From the NCBI GenBank assembly GCA_965218795.1, contig OZ244653.1, positions 192,001-256,000 on the forward strand: a stretch of 64,000 bases of DNA, read 5' to 3'. Origin of the DNA: a bacterium (lineage in GTDB: Bacteria > UBA8248 > JACPRG01 > G963555815). Position numbers and translations under genes: made by a program. Of the stretch, positions 43,236 to 53,882 are shown in pieces (position 1 is the stretch's first letter; the number at the start of each line of letters is the position of its first letter). A model generated the notes under the pieces. It was not told the origin of the DNA, searched no databases, and was given only the letters and a program-made list of their open reading frames with translations.

Positions 43236-44246
43236 TCATTCCTCGAAATACCGCTCAGGAAACATTGCTCTCCCGCCATGCCGAAAATCGTCCATCACCT
43301 TCGCATACGGAATGCGATAAGAAGACGCACATTCCCGCGAGAGCGATATCAGTCTGATGCAATGGGAGGCTCTGTGAATCATCAGCTGCGGTATCGCCAT
43401 CCATCCTGCTCGACCAAAATTACCTGACAAGGACCGCCTGATTGTATTCGTAACTATATCTACTGCCTCGAGACCGAATGCCGGGTCCGAGGAAAAACGA
43501 AAATCCTCTGTCATTACCATCCCCAGATCGAAAAACTCGCCCTTCTGAGAATCGTTGACAAACCTTAGTTTGTAATCGCTAGGACGTTTTCTGAACCGTT
43601 CTTGCCAGCGGTAGTCGCCTCCTTCCGCAGCAACAAGCGGCTCCCGAAATGTGTGCGATTCCAGCATCGGCAGAACTACGGTAGACCACCATTTCTCCCA
43701 TGGGGTTATTCCTAGCCGGTCTTTGCCATCGATCCTCCAGTGATACTCTCCCAACTCGGGTGGTATGCGAAAGGCATAATAGGTATCGGCGTGATTGAGC
43801 GTCTGATACACCAATTCTCCCATCGCCACGGATTGCACATAGAGTTGAAGCGGCATGTCTTCCAATTGCCGACGCAGCTCCCATACTTGTTCCACCAGAT
43901 TGGGATGATGATCCGAAGTCAGATGGGCCGTTATCGCCTCTGCCTGCCCTGCCTTGTGACGGACCAGGTTCTCCTTGGAGTGCATTCCCATGTCGACCGC
44001 CACGACCTCGAACAACGCGCCGATCCTTCGCAACATCCGTGCAACCTCGACGACCTCTCCCTCCGATAGATCCCTTCCCTTGACTTCACCCTTCGTCTTG
44101 GGCAAACGCCTCCTCAGACGCGCGTAGAGTTTTTCGAAGCCCTTCATGGCACTGCTGGGGATTACGAGCGCTCCAACCGCAGAAATACTATGGCGCTCAC
44201 CTACATCCGGCGCGAAGGTCCCCGATTCATCGATGAAAATGTGCAA
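43236..44246 (-). CDS. DUF3800 domain protein
   Basis: HIFIDESG, GEVKG, GLEAVDIVTN motifs; TTG start inferred. Confidence 0.75.
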   Translation of the reverse strand: MHIFIDESGTFAPDVGERHSISAVGALVIPSSAMKGFEKLYARLRRRLPKTKGEVKGRDLSEGEVVEVARMLRRIGALFEVVAVDMGMHSKENLVRHKAGQAEAITAHLTSDHHPNLVEQVWELRRQLEDMPLQLYVQSVAMGELVYQTLNHADTYYAFRIPPELGEYHWRIDGKDRLGITPWEKWWSTVVLPMLESHTFREPLVAAEGGDYRWQERFRKRPSDYKLRFVNDSQKGEFFDLGMVMTEDFRFSSDPAFGLEAVDIVTNTIRRSLSGNFGRAGWMAIPQLMIHRASHCIRLISLSRECASSYRIPYAKVMDDFRHGGRAMFPERYFEE

Positions 44247-44562
44247 TCCAACCTCCCGGATGATATTTCGCACTCTCAACGTCGAGCAGCAAGGCCCTCT
44301 CGCCCGGGTCAATGCCGGAATGCGCTGCGATTCTCCAGATCATCGTACCGCAAGCGTCCCAGGCTCGCGTCCTCACATGCAACCTGCCAGCGCCCCCGAC
44401 GAGGGCCCGATCGGGTCGCGCGTCGCGCTTTCTCCCGGTCCTTCACTGGTCTTGTGGTCTGCGCAGCGTGCCACACGGGCTATCCTTGATGCGATCCGGT
44501 TGGCCAGAGACTCCTTCGGAAGTTCCTAATCGTCGTACGCAACACCGGTGTTCACCGGGCGC

Positions 44563-44820
44563 TTATCGTCGGCCGACCTGCGTCTCGCAACGGCGCTGTC
44601 CGGTCTCGTTGTTGACGACGAGCGGGGCGTCGACGAAGAAGAGTATCTCCGGTGGGGCGTGACGGTCCAGCCAGCCTACAGTCTCGTCAACTCCCACGGT
44701 CCAGTCGGCGACCGCGACGTTGCCAGCTGAGTCGAGCATGACGATGTCGGACTCGTTCGTCTTCTTTCTGGCCTTTTCCGCCCAGGCGAGGTCGATGCCG
44801 ATGTGGAACCGTGTGACCGA
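44563..44820 (-). pseudogene. DUF429-like (RNase H-fold) N-terminal fragment
   Basis: HIGIDLAW...FFVDAPLVVNNETGQRRCE; premature end. Confidence 0.7.
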
Positions 44821-44957
44821 CGGTTGTGTGCAAACCGAGGACCAGGACTGCGGCAACGATCGATTCGTGCGGTGTACCTCCACAACCTCGGCAGTGGGCT
44901 CCGTGGGGACGGTGGAGGATGATCGACGTGAGGCTGGTCTCTTCCCCGGCTGAGCCA

Positions 44958-46283
44958 TCACGACATGATTAGCCTCTCCCAGTCCGGAAAGGCACCCTGG
45001 TCCAACAACTTCCAGAGGGTCTCCCGGCCAAGGTCAGTTCCGTCCGCAGCGGTGGCCGCCATCTGCGTGTATCCCTCCTTCGTCTGCTCGATGTTCCCGT
45101 GAACGATCGAATTCCGTGTCTTGTAGAGCGCGGCTGCACGTTCCGCCACTCGGAGCCGCTCTTCCGTCTCGTCGGCGAGGAAATGTCCGGCTCTCGTTGT
45201 CAACGTGAAACGCCCACCACGCGCAAGTTGGTACATCACCTCGAGCGCGATCGCCACATCGAGGATCCGATCCGGCACTCCGAATCGCCCCCCGGCCCGT
45301 TGTATGGAACCCGCCAACCGGCTCACCCCCAGTTCAAGCGTCGACCGCTTCCCGGCGTCGAATCGGGTCCACGCGCACACCCGACTCCGAAGCTCTCCCG
45401 CTTCCTCAGGCGCCAGAGCCTTTTTCGTCCAGTGGTCGGTGTCCAGGAAGCCGGTAGATGATCCCGGACCAAAATTGGTATTCACGTCCACGAACTCCGG
45501 TGCGCAGCTCAGCACCGACAGCACCTGGATTCGATGAGACGTGACGATGGTGATGAGATCGAAAAGGACACCGATCTGGTGCCCGTCGAACCATCTGAAC
45601 GTGGGCACCGCATCGTTGCCCATGTCTCTCGACGTTCTCGGCGGAACGAGGCACGGACCCCACGTCATCTCGCGCGCGAGGACCAGTGCGCCCATCCCCG
45701 CGTAGTCAGGCATGTCGTTCGCTGGACCCGGTGGCTCGTTCCTGACCAATCCGCGTTCGGCGGCTCGCTCGTAGGAAACGATCTCAAGGCCCGGGGCGAT
45801 CTCGATCTCGCCCTCCATCGTGAGCCCTCGGAAGACGGTGATCTCGTAACCTGGCACACTGCCCTCGGCACTGAGGGTGAGGAATCGATCTAGATGGGTA
45901 ACGGCGCCCCGGCAGCCACGCATGATCGCGCTCCGGGTCAGGTGGCGCGCCAGATCGCGCAGCTCGAGCCGGAAACCCTTGGACGGCATGTCCACGAAAG
46001 TCGCGAGGTCGTTGCCCGTCCCAGTTGCGTTCGGCTCAATCGCCGGGTGCCGGGACAGTAGCTCGACAACCTCGGTCGCATCGCCGTTCAGTTTGATCAC
46101 GTACAGATCGAAAGCCTCCAGCGCATCGGAGTCGTTCTTCGCTGCCGCCCCGAGGGCCCGATACTCTGCGTTCGAGAGCGGCGGCGAACGAAAGCGTTGG
46201 CCAGTAGCCGATTCGATCAGCCGGACAAGAGCGCGTTCGAGAGCTCCAATCCACTCCTCTCTCTCGGGATGGGCCATCGTCAT
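44958..46283 (-). CDS. ApeA-like HEPN domain protein
   Basis: C-terminal RILDVAIALEVMY..LTTRAGHFL..LYKTRNSIVHG (RxxxxH). Confidence 0.8.
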   Translation of the reverse strand: MTMAHPEREEWIGALERALVRLIESATGQRFRSPPLSNAEYRALGAAAKNDSDALEAFDLYVIKLNGDATEVVELLSRHPAIEPNATGTGNDLATFVDMPSKGFRLELRDLARHLTRSAIMRGCRGAVTHLDRFLTLSAEGSVPGYEITVFRGLTMEGEIEIAPGLEIVSYERAAERGLVRNEPPGPANDMPDYAGMGALVLAREMTWGPCLVPPRTSRDMGNDAVPTFRWFDGHQIGVLFDLITIVTSHRIQVLSVLSCAPEFVDVNTNFGPGSSTGFLDTDHWTKKALAPEEAGELRSRVCAWTRFDAGKRSTLELGVSRLAGSIQRAGGRFGVPDRILDVAIALEVMYQLARGGRFTLTTRAGHFLADETEERLRVAERAAALYKTRNSIVHGNIEQTKEGYTQMAATAADGTDLGRETLWKLLDQGAFPDWERLIMS

Positions 46284-46356
46284 CGCGGAGAAGCTCCTTG
46301 CATCTCTCCACCCTCCGGAAAATCGGTCATTTGAATACGTGCCTATCACCTTGACA

Positions 46357-46530
46357 CATCAAGGCTTTCGGTGACGGTGTTCTGTACCGGCTTTCCGGGC
46401 ACGAACAGTGGAGCTCGACACCCGTCCTCTGCGCCCATTCGAACATTGTCTTCGACGTCAGCTCGGGGCCGTTGTCCATGAACAAGCTCTCGGGCAGTCC
46501 CAGCCGGTCGCCTACGTGAGCTCCCAGTCC
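46357..46530 (-). mobile_element. IS3-family transposase internal remnant
   Basis: LPESLFMDNGPELTSKTMFEWAQRTGVELH / PGKPVQNTVTES (frameshifted). Confidence 0.7.
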
Positions 46531-47033
46531 GTTCCAAAGGTGCAGGCGATCATGCATTCGATATAGTCTGAGCGACTTGCGTTGTCCACGACCGGCGTTT
46601 CGTATCGGCGCATAAGCATCTGCACGATGCACCATGCAAGCCTGAAACATCCCGGATGCGGAAGAAGATGCGGGACAGGTTGTGGCCACGAACCAGACCG
46701 CGGATCGTTTCGCCAGCAGTATGCTCCTGAACGACCTGCCGCTTGAAAGCGATGCATGAGTCCGGTGCTTTGCCCAGGGTCTCGATCCTTCAAGCGCTCG
46801 ATGCACCGGTCAAGTCATCTCAAACCATCTGTCCCGCCCAAGGGGCCCACTCTAAAGACGGAGCAACATTCCACGCCGAACCACCCTCCGGCGGTCTCGA
46901 ATCGGCGGCACGCCGCGCCAGGGATGCGCCGGATCATGGCCGAAAGATCGGTGTTGAAATAGTGTTGAACTTTGCAGGAAGCCGTCAGTCAGGAAGCATG
47001 GGGAAACAGATATCTACATATAATATCAATATG

Positions 47034-47828
47034 TTATGAAACCGCCGCATCGCGTGGAAAAAAGCGATCCATAAATTCCCAGCGCAGCGTCAGGATCTCG
47101 CTCTTCCGGCATCCGGTCAGCAGCAGCAGCCGGAGCGCCGCAATCGCCGGCGGCCACACCGAGTCGTCCGCCTCCTGCAACACCCGGCCCAGACGCCGGA
47201 ACTCCTCCGGCGTCAGAAACCGCTCGCGCGACCGCGTCTTGTAGCGGCGCACCGACCGGCACGGGTTCCGTCCGGGCGGTATCCGGTCCCACGCCTCGGC
47301 CAGCGAGAACATTTTCGACAGAATCTTGACCGTCCGGTTGGCCATTGCAGGCGTGTCGTGGAGCCGGTGATGCAGGGCGGAAATCTCCCCTCGTCCGACC
47401 TCGCTGATTGACATCGCGCCCAGGACCGGAAGAATGTGCTTGTCGAGCACGCTCCGGTACGTTGCAATGGTGCTCGGCTTGCAATGCACCTTGACATGGG
47501 TGCGCAGGAACCGTTCGGACAGTTCGGACAACGTGAGCTCCGGCTCGGGCGGCGCGGGCACGGGGTTCTCGCCCCGCTTGATGCGGTCGATGACGACGGC
47601 CGCCCGTTTCCTCGCCTCCTCGGTCGACATGTCCCCATGCCGTCCGAGGGTCACTCGCTTCGGTCCGGTCGGCCCCCGGGACTGGACCACGTAGACCTTG
47701 CGGCCCGTGGCATGGACACGCACCCCGAAGCCGGCCAGGTCCCGATCCCAGAAGACGCCATCCTCGGCTTCGACGGTGAGCGCGTCCACGGTGCGCTTGG
47801 TGATCCTGAGCTCGCTTCGTCTGGGCAT
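47034..47828 (-). pseudogene. Tyrosine integrase truncated after the first catalytic Arg
   Basis: ITKRTVDAL..WDRDLAGFGVRV..LLLLTGCRKSEILTLRW; no HxxR or Tyr. Confidence 0.88.
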
Positions 47829-48037
47829 GGCCGCTCCTTGCCTTTGTTCTATGGTGATTCGGTATGCAATTCCGTAATCAAATAGAACACAAGCCGCATC
47901 AAATCGGTGCGTATTTGAGCACAAGCGTGGCGGGAATGCAAGGGGCTGGAGGTGGGTGAATAACGAAAAAATCAAATAAAATCAGATAATTATCCTAACA
48001 TGACGCAATCGGGCGCATCATTGACGGAGTGAGAGAT

Positions 48038-48526
48038 TTATAACAATATCTTTTGTTCGGGAAGATGCCTAGTCGTACAATTCACCCGATGGAACCACTT
48101 ATCATCCAGATGATGCCGCTCCATCAAGTGACGAAACTTGCACACCGTGGTCTCATCCGGCACCGGTTCCCGCCCCAGGTCAATCCCTGCAAACCGGCGC
48201 AGGGCGCGAGAATCGTACAGGGCTTCCTCTACCCCAGGATCGGATAGATTGAACCAGTGCTGGAGGAAGTGGATACGCAGCATCCGTTCTATCCCTGTCG
48301 GCCGACGACCCGCACCCTCCGGTTTGGGATAGAATGGCTCTATCGCTTCGGTCAGCTCTTTCCACGGTATAATCCTTTCCATCTCCTCCAAAAACTGTTC
48401 CTTCCGCGTCTTCTTTCGGTACTTCCCGAACCCCGTCTCTGAAAACGTTGGCTGTCGCATACAAATGTCCTCTCAGGGTAGAATCATAACAATTGTACAA
48501 TATCCTCCCTATGAATCAGAGTTTCC
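48038..48526 (-). mobile_element. IS5-family element, left end plus truncated transposase (48038-48460)
   Basis: MRQPTF..RKKTRKEQFLEEMERIIPW..GRRP..ERMLRIHFLQHWFNLSDP..PDETTVCKFRHL; end GGAAACTCTGATT next to a CTAA/TTAG target-like site. Confidence 0.88.
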
Positions 48527-48640
48527 TTAGAATAGAGTTCTGGACGGACATGGAGCGCAGGGCCGTCTGCCCAAGCGAAGAATCCTCTTGGACCAGGGTC
48601 ATGGGACAGAAACCTCAAACCGGAATAGAAAGATCCTCAA

Positions 48641-49405
48641 GTGAATAACGATACGATCATCTCCGAGGACGACGCTACCGCACGGGTCTATTGCGACGCC
48701 TGGGCGTTTCTGCGCGAGGCGGAGGCGTGCGCGGAGGAAGGAAGGGACCCGGCGGCGCATTCGCTGGCAAGGGCGGCCGTTCTCCATGCCGCAGTCGCGG
48801 CGAGAAGGTTCCTCGAAAAAGTGGTCGCCCAGGTGAGTATGGATCCGAATGCGAGGAATGCCGCTGTCGCCCGCGTCGCGAAGGACGTCCTCGGAAACAA
48901 GCGGCTGGCCGACGAATGGCGGGCGCTCTCGCGCGCGAGGGAGGCGATTCTGGAATTGAATGCGTCCGCGGACGCGCAAGACCGCCTCCGGGCGTCCCAA
49001 GGTTTCCTGGATGAGATCGGCAAGCGGATGCTTGATCTCGCCCTCGAGCACTGCCGGGAAAATCTGCACGACAAAAGGCTCGCCAAGGAGTCGGACGCGC
49101 TTTCGGATCTGCAGTCCAGGCTCGGGCGGAAAACTCTCGACAGCGGCTCTCTGGCCAAAAAATGGTTCGAGAGGGCGACCGGCCTGCCCGACCCGGGCGC
49201 GGGGGGCGAGCCGTCAGTCCGTGATTTCCAGCAGATCGTTTTGAAGGCGCGGGGAGAGTCCGCCGCCGGGGGGCCGCAGGATATTACGGTCGAAGAGGCG
49301 CGGCTGGCTTGCGGAGCCGTCCGGTCGATGATTGCGAGCGTGTGCGGCGCGGCGAATCGGAAAGTCCCCCAGTGGGTCAGGGAAATCCACGGAAGAGTCT
49401 TATGA
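48641..49405 (+). CDS. Hypothetical helical protein (possible degenerate HEPN fold)
   Basis: 254-aa ORF with GC3-rich codons; no intact catalytic motif recognised. Confidence 0.55.
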   Translation: MNNDTIISEDDATARVYCDAWAFLREAEACAEEGRDPAAHSLARAAVLHAAVAARRFLEKVVAQVSMDPNARNAAVARVAKDVLGNKRLADEWRALSRAREAILELNASADAQDRLRASQGFLDEIGKRMLDLALEHCRENLHDKRLAKESDALSDLQSRLGRKTLDSGSLAKKWFERATGLPDPGAGGEPSVRDFQQIVLKARGESAAGGPQDITVEEARLACGAVRSMIASVCGAANRKVPQWVREIHGRVL

Positions 49406-49577
49406 GGCAATGCTCCACTCCTTCTGTAGTGCATTTTCACTGTAGTGCATTTTTACAATGACCCGTGAAGTTTTGACGGATCGACTAAAGGCGCATCCGG
49501 GCAAGGTCTGACGTTCCGCGCGGGGGGCCGGACGTTCGGCTAACCCGGCCGCTCCGCGATCAGGCTCGGCTCGGCCG

Positions 49578-49632
49578 GGTAGGGCGGCCATCCCGGCCGC
49601 CATCGGAAGGCGGGCTGGAAGCCCGCCCTACC
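49578..49632. repeat. GTAG-type REP doublet; related copy at ~51896-51950
   Basis: GGTAGGGCGGCCATCCCGGCCGCC...GGCGGGCTGGAAGCCCGCCCTACC; inverted copy GGCGGGCTTCCAGCCCGCC at 51901. Confidence 0.7.
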
Positions 49633-49819
49633 GGGGGTCTGGGGGGAGGCCCGTTGCTCCAAAAGGTTTCCCCGGGTTCCCAGGCATTTCATGGCCGACT
49701 TTTTGAAATGCAGGTGAGATCGCCGCCAACTCCCTTGAAAAACCGGCGGGTGCCCCTCAAGATTGGCGGGTTTGCGACCTGAAATTCTGTTTCGTCTTTC
49801 GACGGGAGGGGGGCCTTTT

Positions 49820-50200
49820 ATGGGGAATTTGGTCTGGGTCGGGCTGGGCGGATTTATTGGATCGATTTTGCGCTACATGTTGGGCGGCTTCGTGAATCGG
49901 CTGGAGGTCGGCGCGCTGTTCCCGTTCGGCACGCTTGTGGTCAATGTCGTCGGATGTCTGGCGATTGGGTTTCTCATGGGTATGGCCGACTCCAAGGGGA
50001 TTTTATCCCTGCAGGGCCGGCTGCTCCTCTTCACTGGCGTGCTGGGAGGGTTTACGACGTTCTCGACCTTCGCTTATGAGACCGTCCAACTATTCCGCGT
50101 TTCACAAGGCGCGATGGCCGCAATCAATATCTTCCTGCAAGGCGCTCTCGGACTCGGAGGCGTATGGGCGGGGGAAACGGTTTCCCGCTGGGGTTCATGA
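49820..50200 (+). CDS. crcB: Fluoride efflux channel FluC/CrcB
   Basis: GGFIGSILRY, FPFGTLVVNVVGC, TGVLGGFTTFSTF. Confidence 0.95.
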   Translation: MGNLVWVGLGGFIGSILRYMLGGFVNRLEVGALFPFGTLVVNVVGCLAIGFLMGMADSKGILSLQGRLLLFTGVLGGFTTFSTFAYETVQLFRVSQGAMAAINIFLQGALGLGGVWAGETVSRWGS

Positions 50201-50315
50201 AACGGTCCGATTCCATGCATCAGCGAAATACTCGGAATAGAAAGGTGCGCTTTGGGCCCATGGCGATTTTGGATGCGGGGCGCGAAGGGTGGGAGGCGGC
50301 CCGAGACCGGTTGGC

Positions 50316-51692
50316 TCACGTCCGCCCGTAGGCCTCCGCGAGGATCTCGACGGGGTGCATGACCCGGACGCTCAACCCCCGCCGCCGGAGGCCCATCTCG
50401 ATCTGAAGCGCGCAGCCCGGGTTGCCGACGGCCAACACGGATGCCCCGGTGGATTCAATGGCATCGACCTTCTTCTCGAGCAGCCGGTCGGCCGCTTCAG
50501 GCTGTGTGAGGTTGTAAATCCCGGCGCTGCCGCAGCACCAGTCCGACCGGGGGAGATCGGTCCACTCCATTCCGGGGACGAGACGGAGAAGGTCGCGGGG
50601 GGGCCGACGCACCCTCTGACCGTGAGCCAGGTGGCAGGCGTCCTGGTAAGTGACCTTCTCTGGGAAGTCATTCCGGAGCGGCCGTAATGCAATCTCCACC
50701 AGGAATTCGTGGATGTCTCTGACGCGGCCGGAAAATTCCCCGGTCCCCTGCGACAAGGTTGGATCATCGGCAAGCACGTGGCCGTACTCCTTCAACATGG
50801 CCCCGCATCCCGCTGCGTTGACGATCACGGGCGCGTCTCCCCGGAGGGCCTCCAGGTTCCGGCGGGCGAGGGACTTTGCGGAATCGACCTCCCCGGCGTG
50901 AGCGTGGAGCGCGCCGCAGCATCCCTGTCCCTCGGGGACCACGACCTCATAGCCGTTCGCCGTCAGGCACCGGATGGTGTCCCGATGAACCTTCCGGAAC
51001 AAAACGTCCATCACGCACCCGGTGAACAGGATGACGCGGCCCCGCTTCTCGCCCTCCGCGGGCGTAACGGGCGGAATGGGCTTCAGGTCAAGGCGGTCCT
51101 CGGGGAGGAGGGCTTCGAGCGTCCCCAGCGGCATCCCCCGCAGGCGCAGCTTCCCGGGTACCCCCGACTTTCGGACAAGCCCCCGGAGACCGGACTTCTG
51201 ATAGAGCCGGGCGGCCCGTCCGAACGCTCGAAGCCGGTTGGGATTCGTCATCAGCTTGTTCAGAAGAATTTTTTGGATGACGCGGTTCCCGAACCCCGCC
51301 GGAGCCTTCGCATCCCCCGTTTTCGCGCGCGCCCTTTGAAGGACGGCCCGGGCGCTCTCCATCGCGCGTCCGAACTGGACGCCGGACGGGCAGACGGTCT
51401 CGCACGCCCGGCAGACCAGGCAGCGCTCCATGTGGAGGGCGAACTTGTCGGAAACGGGAATTTGTCCCTCCGCGGCGGCCTTCATGAGGAGGAGGCGTCC
51501 CCGGGGGGAATCCATCGAGGTCCCCCATTCCTCATAAGTCGGACAGACGGGGAGGCACAACCCGCAGTGCACGCACGCCTCCACGCCATCCAGCGCGCCC
51601 GCCTCGGCCGGCGTAAAGGGACCCTCGGTCATCAAGTTGACGCGCATGAAGATGGTCCATTCAGAAATGGGGGGAACCTGCGTTTCAGTCAT
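50316..51692 (-). CDS. glcF: Glycolate oxidase Fe-S subunit-like oxidoreductase
   Basis: CVHCGLCLPVCPTY, SPRGR, CLVCRACETVCPSGV, CCGALH, YQDACHL.HGQ, CCGSAGIYN. Confidence 0.88.
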   Translation of the reverse strand: MTETQVPPISEWTIFMRVNLMTEGPFTPAEAGALDGVEACVHCGLCLPVCPTYEEWGTSMDSPRGRLLLMKAAAEGQIPVSDKFALHMERCLVCRACETVCPSGVQFGRAMESARAVLQRARAKTGDAKAPAGFGNRVIQKILLNKLMTNPNRLRAFGRAARLYQKSGLRGLVRKSGVPGKLRLRGMPLGTLEALLPEDRLDLKPIPPVTPAEGEKRGRVILFTGCVMDVLFRKVHRDTIRCLTANGYEVVVPEGQGCCGALHAHAGEVDSAKSLARRNLEALRGDAPVIVNAAGCGAMLKEYGHVLADDPTLSQGTGEFSGRVRDIHEFLVEIALRPLRNDFPEKVTYQDACHLAHGQRVRRPPRDLLRLVPGMEWTDLPRSDWCCGSAGIYNLTQPEAADRLLEKKVDAIESTGASVLAVGNPGCALQIEMGLRRRGLSVRVMHPVEILAEAYGRT

Positions 51693-52341
51693 TGTATCAT
51701 TGGCTTCATTCGTGTTCAGTCATCCCTTGTTTTGGGGTAAGCGCTTTGTAAGGAGAGGAACGTTTTGGAGGCAACGTCCTCCCGCGATTTCGCGGAGCCC
51801 ATCGAGCGCCGCAGCCGGGCTGAATGAGCGTATCGAACGTGACGAAATCTTGTGCCCGGCGAAACCGGAGCAGGCCGTGTTTGCCCCCGGATGCTGGTGG
51901 GGCGGGCTTCCAGCCCGCCTTGCTGGCGGCGGCCCAGATGGCCGCCTCACGACGTTGGGGATTCCACTGACCGCGGGTTCGTCGGCGCGGAACGAGGACT
52001 TCGTTGTCCGGATTCACGCATTCCTGCGGAATGCTCCCGCATCCGGACAAGACGCTATCGAGAATAGAGAGTTTTACTGAGGGGAGCGGGGAGCGCCTTT
52101 CAAAAAGCGTCCCCGCATGAAGCGGGCCCGTCACCATGGGAATGAGTGCCAGTCCCGTTCGGTTGACACCCGCCGACCGTCCCCCTATTTTGAAGATTCA
52201 GCGGCTCCCACGTTCATTTCGAGCCGAATGGAATGACGGGCGGGCAGGGGGAGTGTTCCTGCTGGCGTCACAGGAGCGTCTGAGCGGGATCATCGCGCCC
52301 ATTCGATGATGGGTAGTTACCTCTTCAGGGGAGAAAGAAGC

Positions 52342-52797
52342 ATGGTGATTCAAGCAGGGGAGCAGGCGCCCGCCCTCACGGCGAAGGCCACGGGAGACCG
52401 GGAAGTGTCGCTTTCCGATTACGCGGGAAGCAAGAATGTCATGCTGGCATTTTTCCCGTTCGCCTTCAGTCCGGTTTGTTCCGAGCAGATCCCGGACTAC
52501 TCCCAAAATGCGGCCCGGTTCGAGGAGCTGAACACCGAGGTGATGGCCGTCAGCGTAGACAGCCCATGGTCTCAGGGAGCGTGGGCCGAACAGTACGGGG
52601 TACAGATTCCCGTCCTGAGCGATTTCAGCAAGGAGATCACCAACGCCTACGGCGTGATGCACGACATGGGGATGTCCGAGCGGGCGGTGGTCATTATCGA
52701 CAAGAACGGCAAGGTCGCGTATTCACACATCCAGGAAAACATCCGGGAAGTCCCCAGCCTGGATTCGATCTTCGCCGAGCTCGAAAAGATTCAATAG
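52342..52797 (+). CDS. Peroxiredoxin (AhpE-like redoxin)
   Basis: LAFFPFAFSPVC, AVSVDS, VLSDF, ERAVVIIDKNG. Confidence 0.9.
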   Translation: MVIQAGEQAPALTAKATGDREVSLSDYAGSKNVMLAFFPFAFSPVCSEQIPDYSQNAARFEELNTEVMAVSVDSPWSQGAWAEQYGVQIPVLSDFSKEITNAYGVMHDMGMSERAVVIIDKNGKVAYSHIQENIREVPSLDSIFAELEKIQ

Positions 52798-52809
52798 AAA
52801 GGCGGGAGA

Positions 52810-53250
52810 TTGCCGTCCGCACAGGAAGAGGGCCGGTCCGGCCGGAGGCCGCCGTTCATCGAGGATCTGCTTCCCGGGATGGAGGCGAGGCACGAGTATC
52901 GCGTGGAGGTGGGCGACCTCGCCGATGCCTTCGGCAACACGGGGGTCAAGGTGCTGGGCACGCCGGCGCTCATCGGCTGGCTGGAGCAGACGGCGTCCAG
53001 TCTCATCCGCCCGAAGCTTCCGCCGGGGACCCTGACCGTCGGAACTCTGGTCAACATCCGTCACTTGGCGGCGGCGGCGCAGGGAGCAAAGGTCATGACG
53101 ACGGGCCGGATCCTGGAAGTGAACGGCCGAAGGGTGGTCTTCGAGGTCGAGGCCCGCGATGAGGTCGAAAAGCTGGCCGAGGGCACTCACGAGCGGTTCA
53201 TCGTGGACGAGGCCGGATTCCTGGCCCGGTCTTCCGAGAAAACCTCCTAA
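52810..53250 (+). CDS. FlK-like hotdog thioesterase
   Basis: VLGTPALIGWLE, TVGTLVNIRHLA, EGTHERFIV. Confidence 0.85.
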   Translation: MPSAQEEGRSGRRPPFIEDLLPGMEARHEYRVEVGDLADAFGNTGVKVLGTPALIGWLEQTASSLIRPKLPPGTLTVGTLVNIRHLAAAAQGAKVMTTGRILEVNGRRVVFEVEARDEVEKLAEGTHERFIVDEAGFLARSSEKTS

Positions 53251-53432
53251 CGAGATAAGGATTCGCGGGGGGGGGCTGGGAGAGGCAACGCGCCCGTCCC
53301 TGAGTCCGGATATCCATGATGGACCACGACCGAGGAATCGGTTGACTTGCATTTTGTTTCCCTTGTGCGAAAATCAGATATGAAATTGCCACCTTGTACA
53401 ACTGTTTTGAATTCCAAAGGGGGAGGCAAAAC

Positions 53433-53714
53433 ATGAAAAAGTCGGCCATTGCAGTGATTCTGTTGTTCGGCGTGGCTGTACTCGCCCCGGCGGGTGTGGC
53501 CTTCGCGGACGGATTCAGTGCCTGCGGCTTCGGAAGCAAAGCCCTTCAGGCCAAGAAGGACGTGAAGGAAATCGAAGCCTCCTACGCGACCATGATCAAA
53601 GACGCCAGGAAGGACGGAGCGGTCTCCGAAATTGAGCGGGTGACCCTCGATTTCTACCGTCTGGACAATGGCATGAGTCAGGCCCGCGCAAAAGCGATTG
53701 AAAGCGGCAGCTGA
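53433..53714 (+). CDS. Small secreted hypothetical protein
   Basis: GGAGG RBS; signal peptide MKKSAIAVILLFGVAVLAPAGVAFA. Confidence 0.7.
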   Translation: MKKSAIAVILLFGVAVLAPAGVAFADGFSACGFGSKALQAKKDVKEIEASYATMIKDARKDGAVSEIERVTLDFYRLDNGMSQARAKAIESGS

Positions 53715-53739
53715 GTCCGACCGGGATTGACTTGAGCAG

Positions 53740-53776
53740 GTCCCCCTCGTCCGCTGGGCAGGGGGATTCTTTTTCT
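53740..53776 (+). terminator. Probable intrinsic terminator
   Basis: TCCCCCT...AGGGGGA stem followed by TTCTTTTT. Confidence 0.5.
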
Positions 53777-53882
53777 GCGGGCAGTTGCCCGGGGGGCGGG
53801 AATCCCCTAAATTCTTATCGATAGGGATACGCTTTGGATGGTTCCAGTGATCGAAAGATGTCCCAGGAAGGCCGCTTCTCTC

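Noticed and set aside
47830-48640. tRNA or tmRNA integration site at the right island boundary
   Set aside because: No tRNA-like sequence recognised here or elsewhere in the window.
49700-49800. Fluoride riboswitch upstream of crcB
   Set aside because: A long hairpin is possible (CAGGT..ACCTG, CGCCAA..TTGGCG), but the GGCGATGG..TTCGCC / GCTRATGAC consensus is absent.
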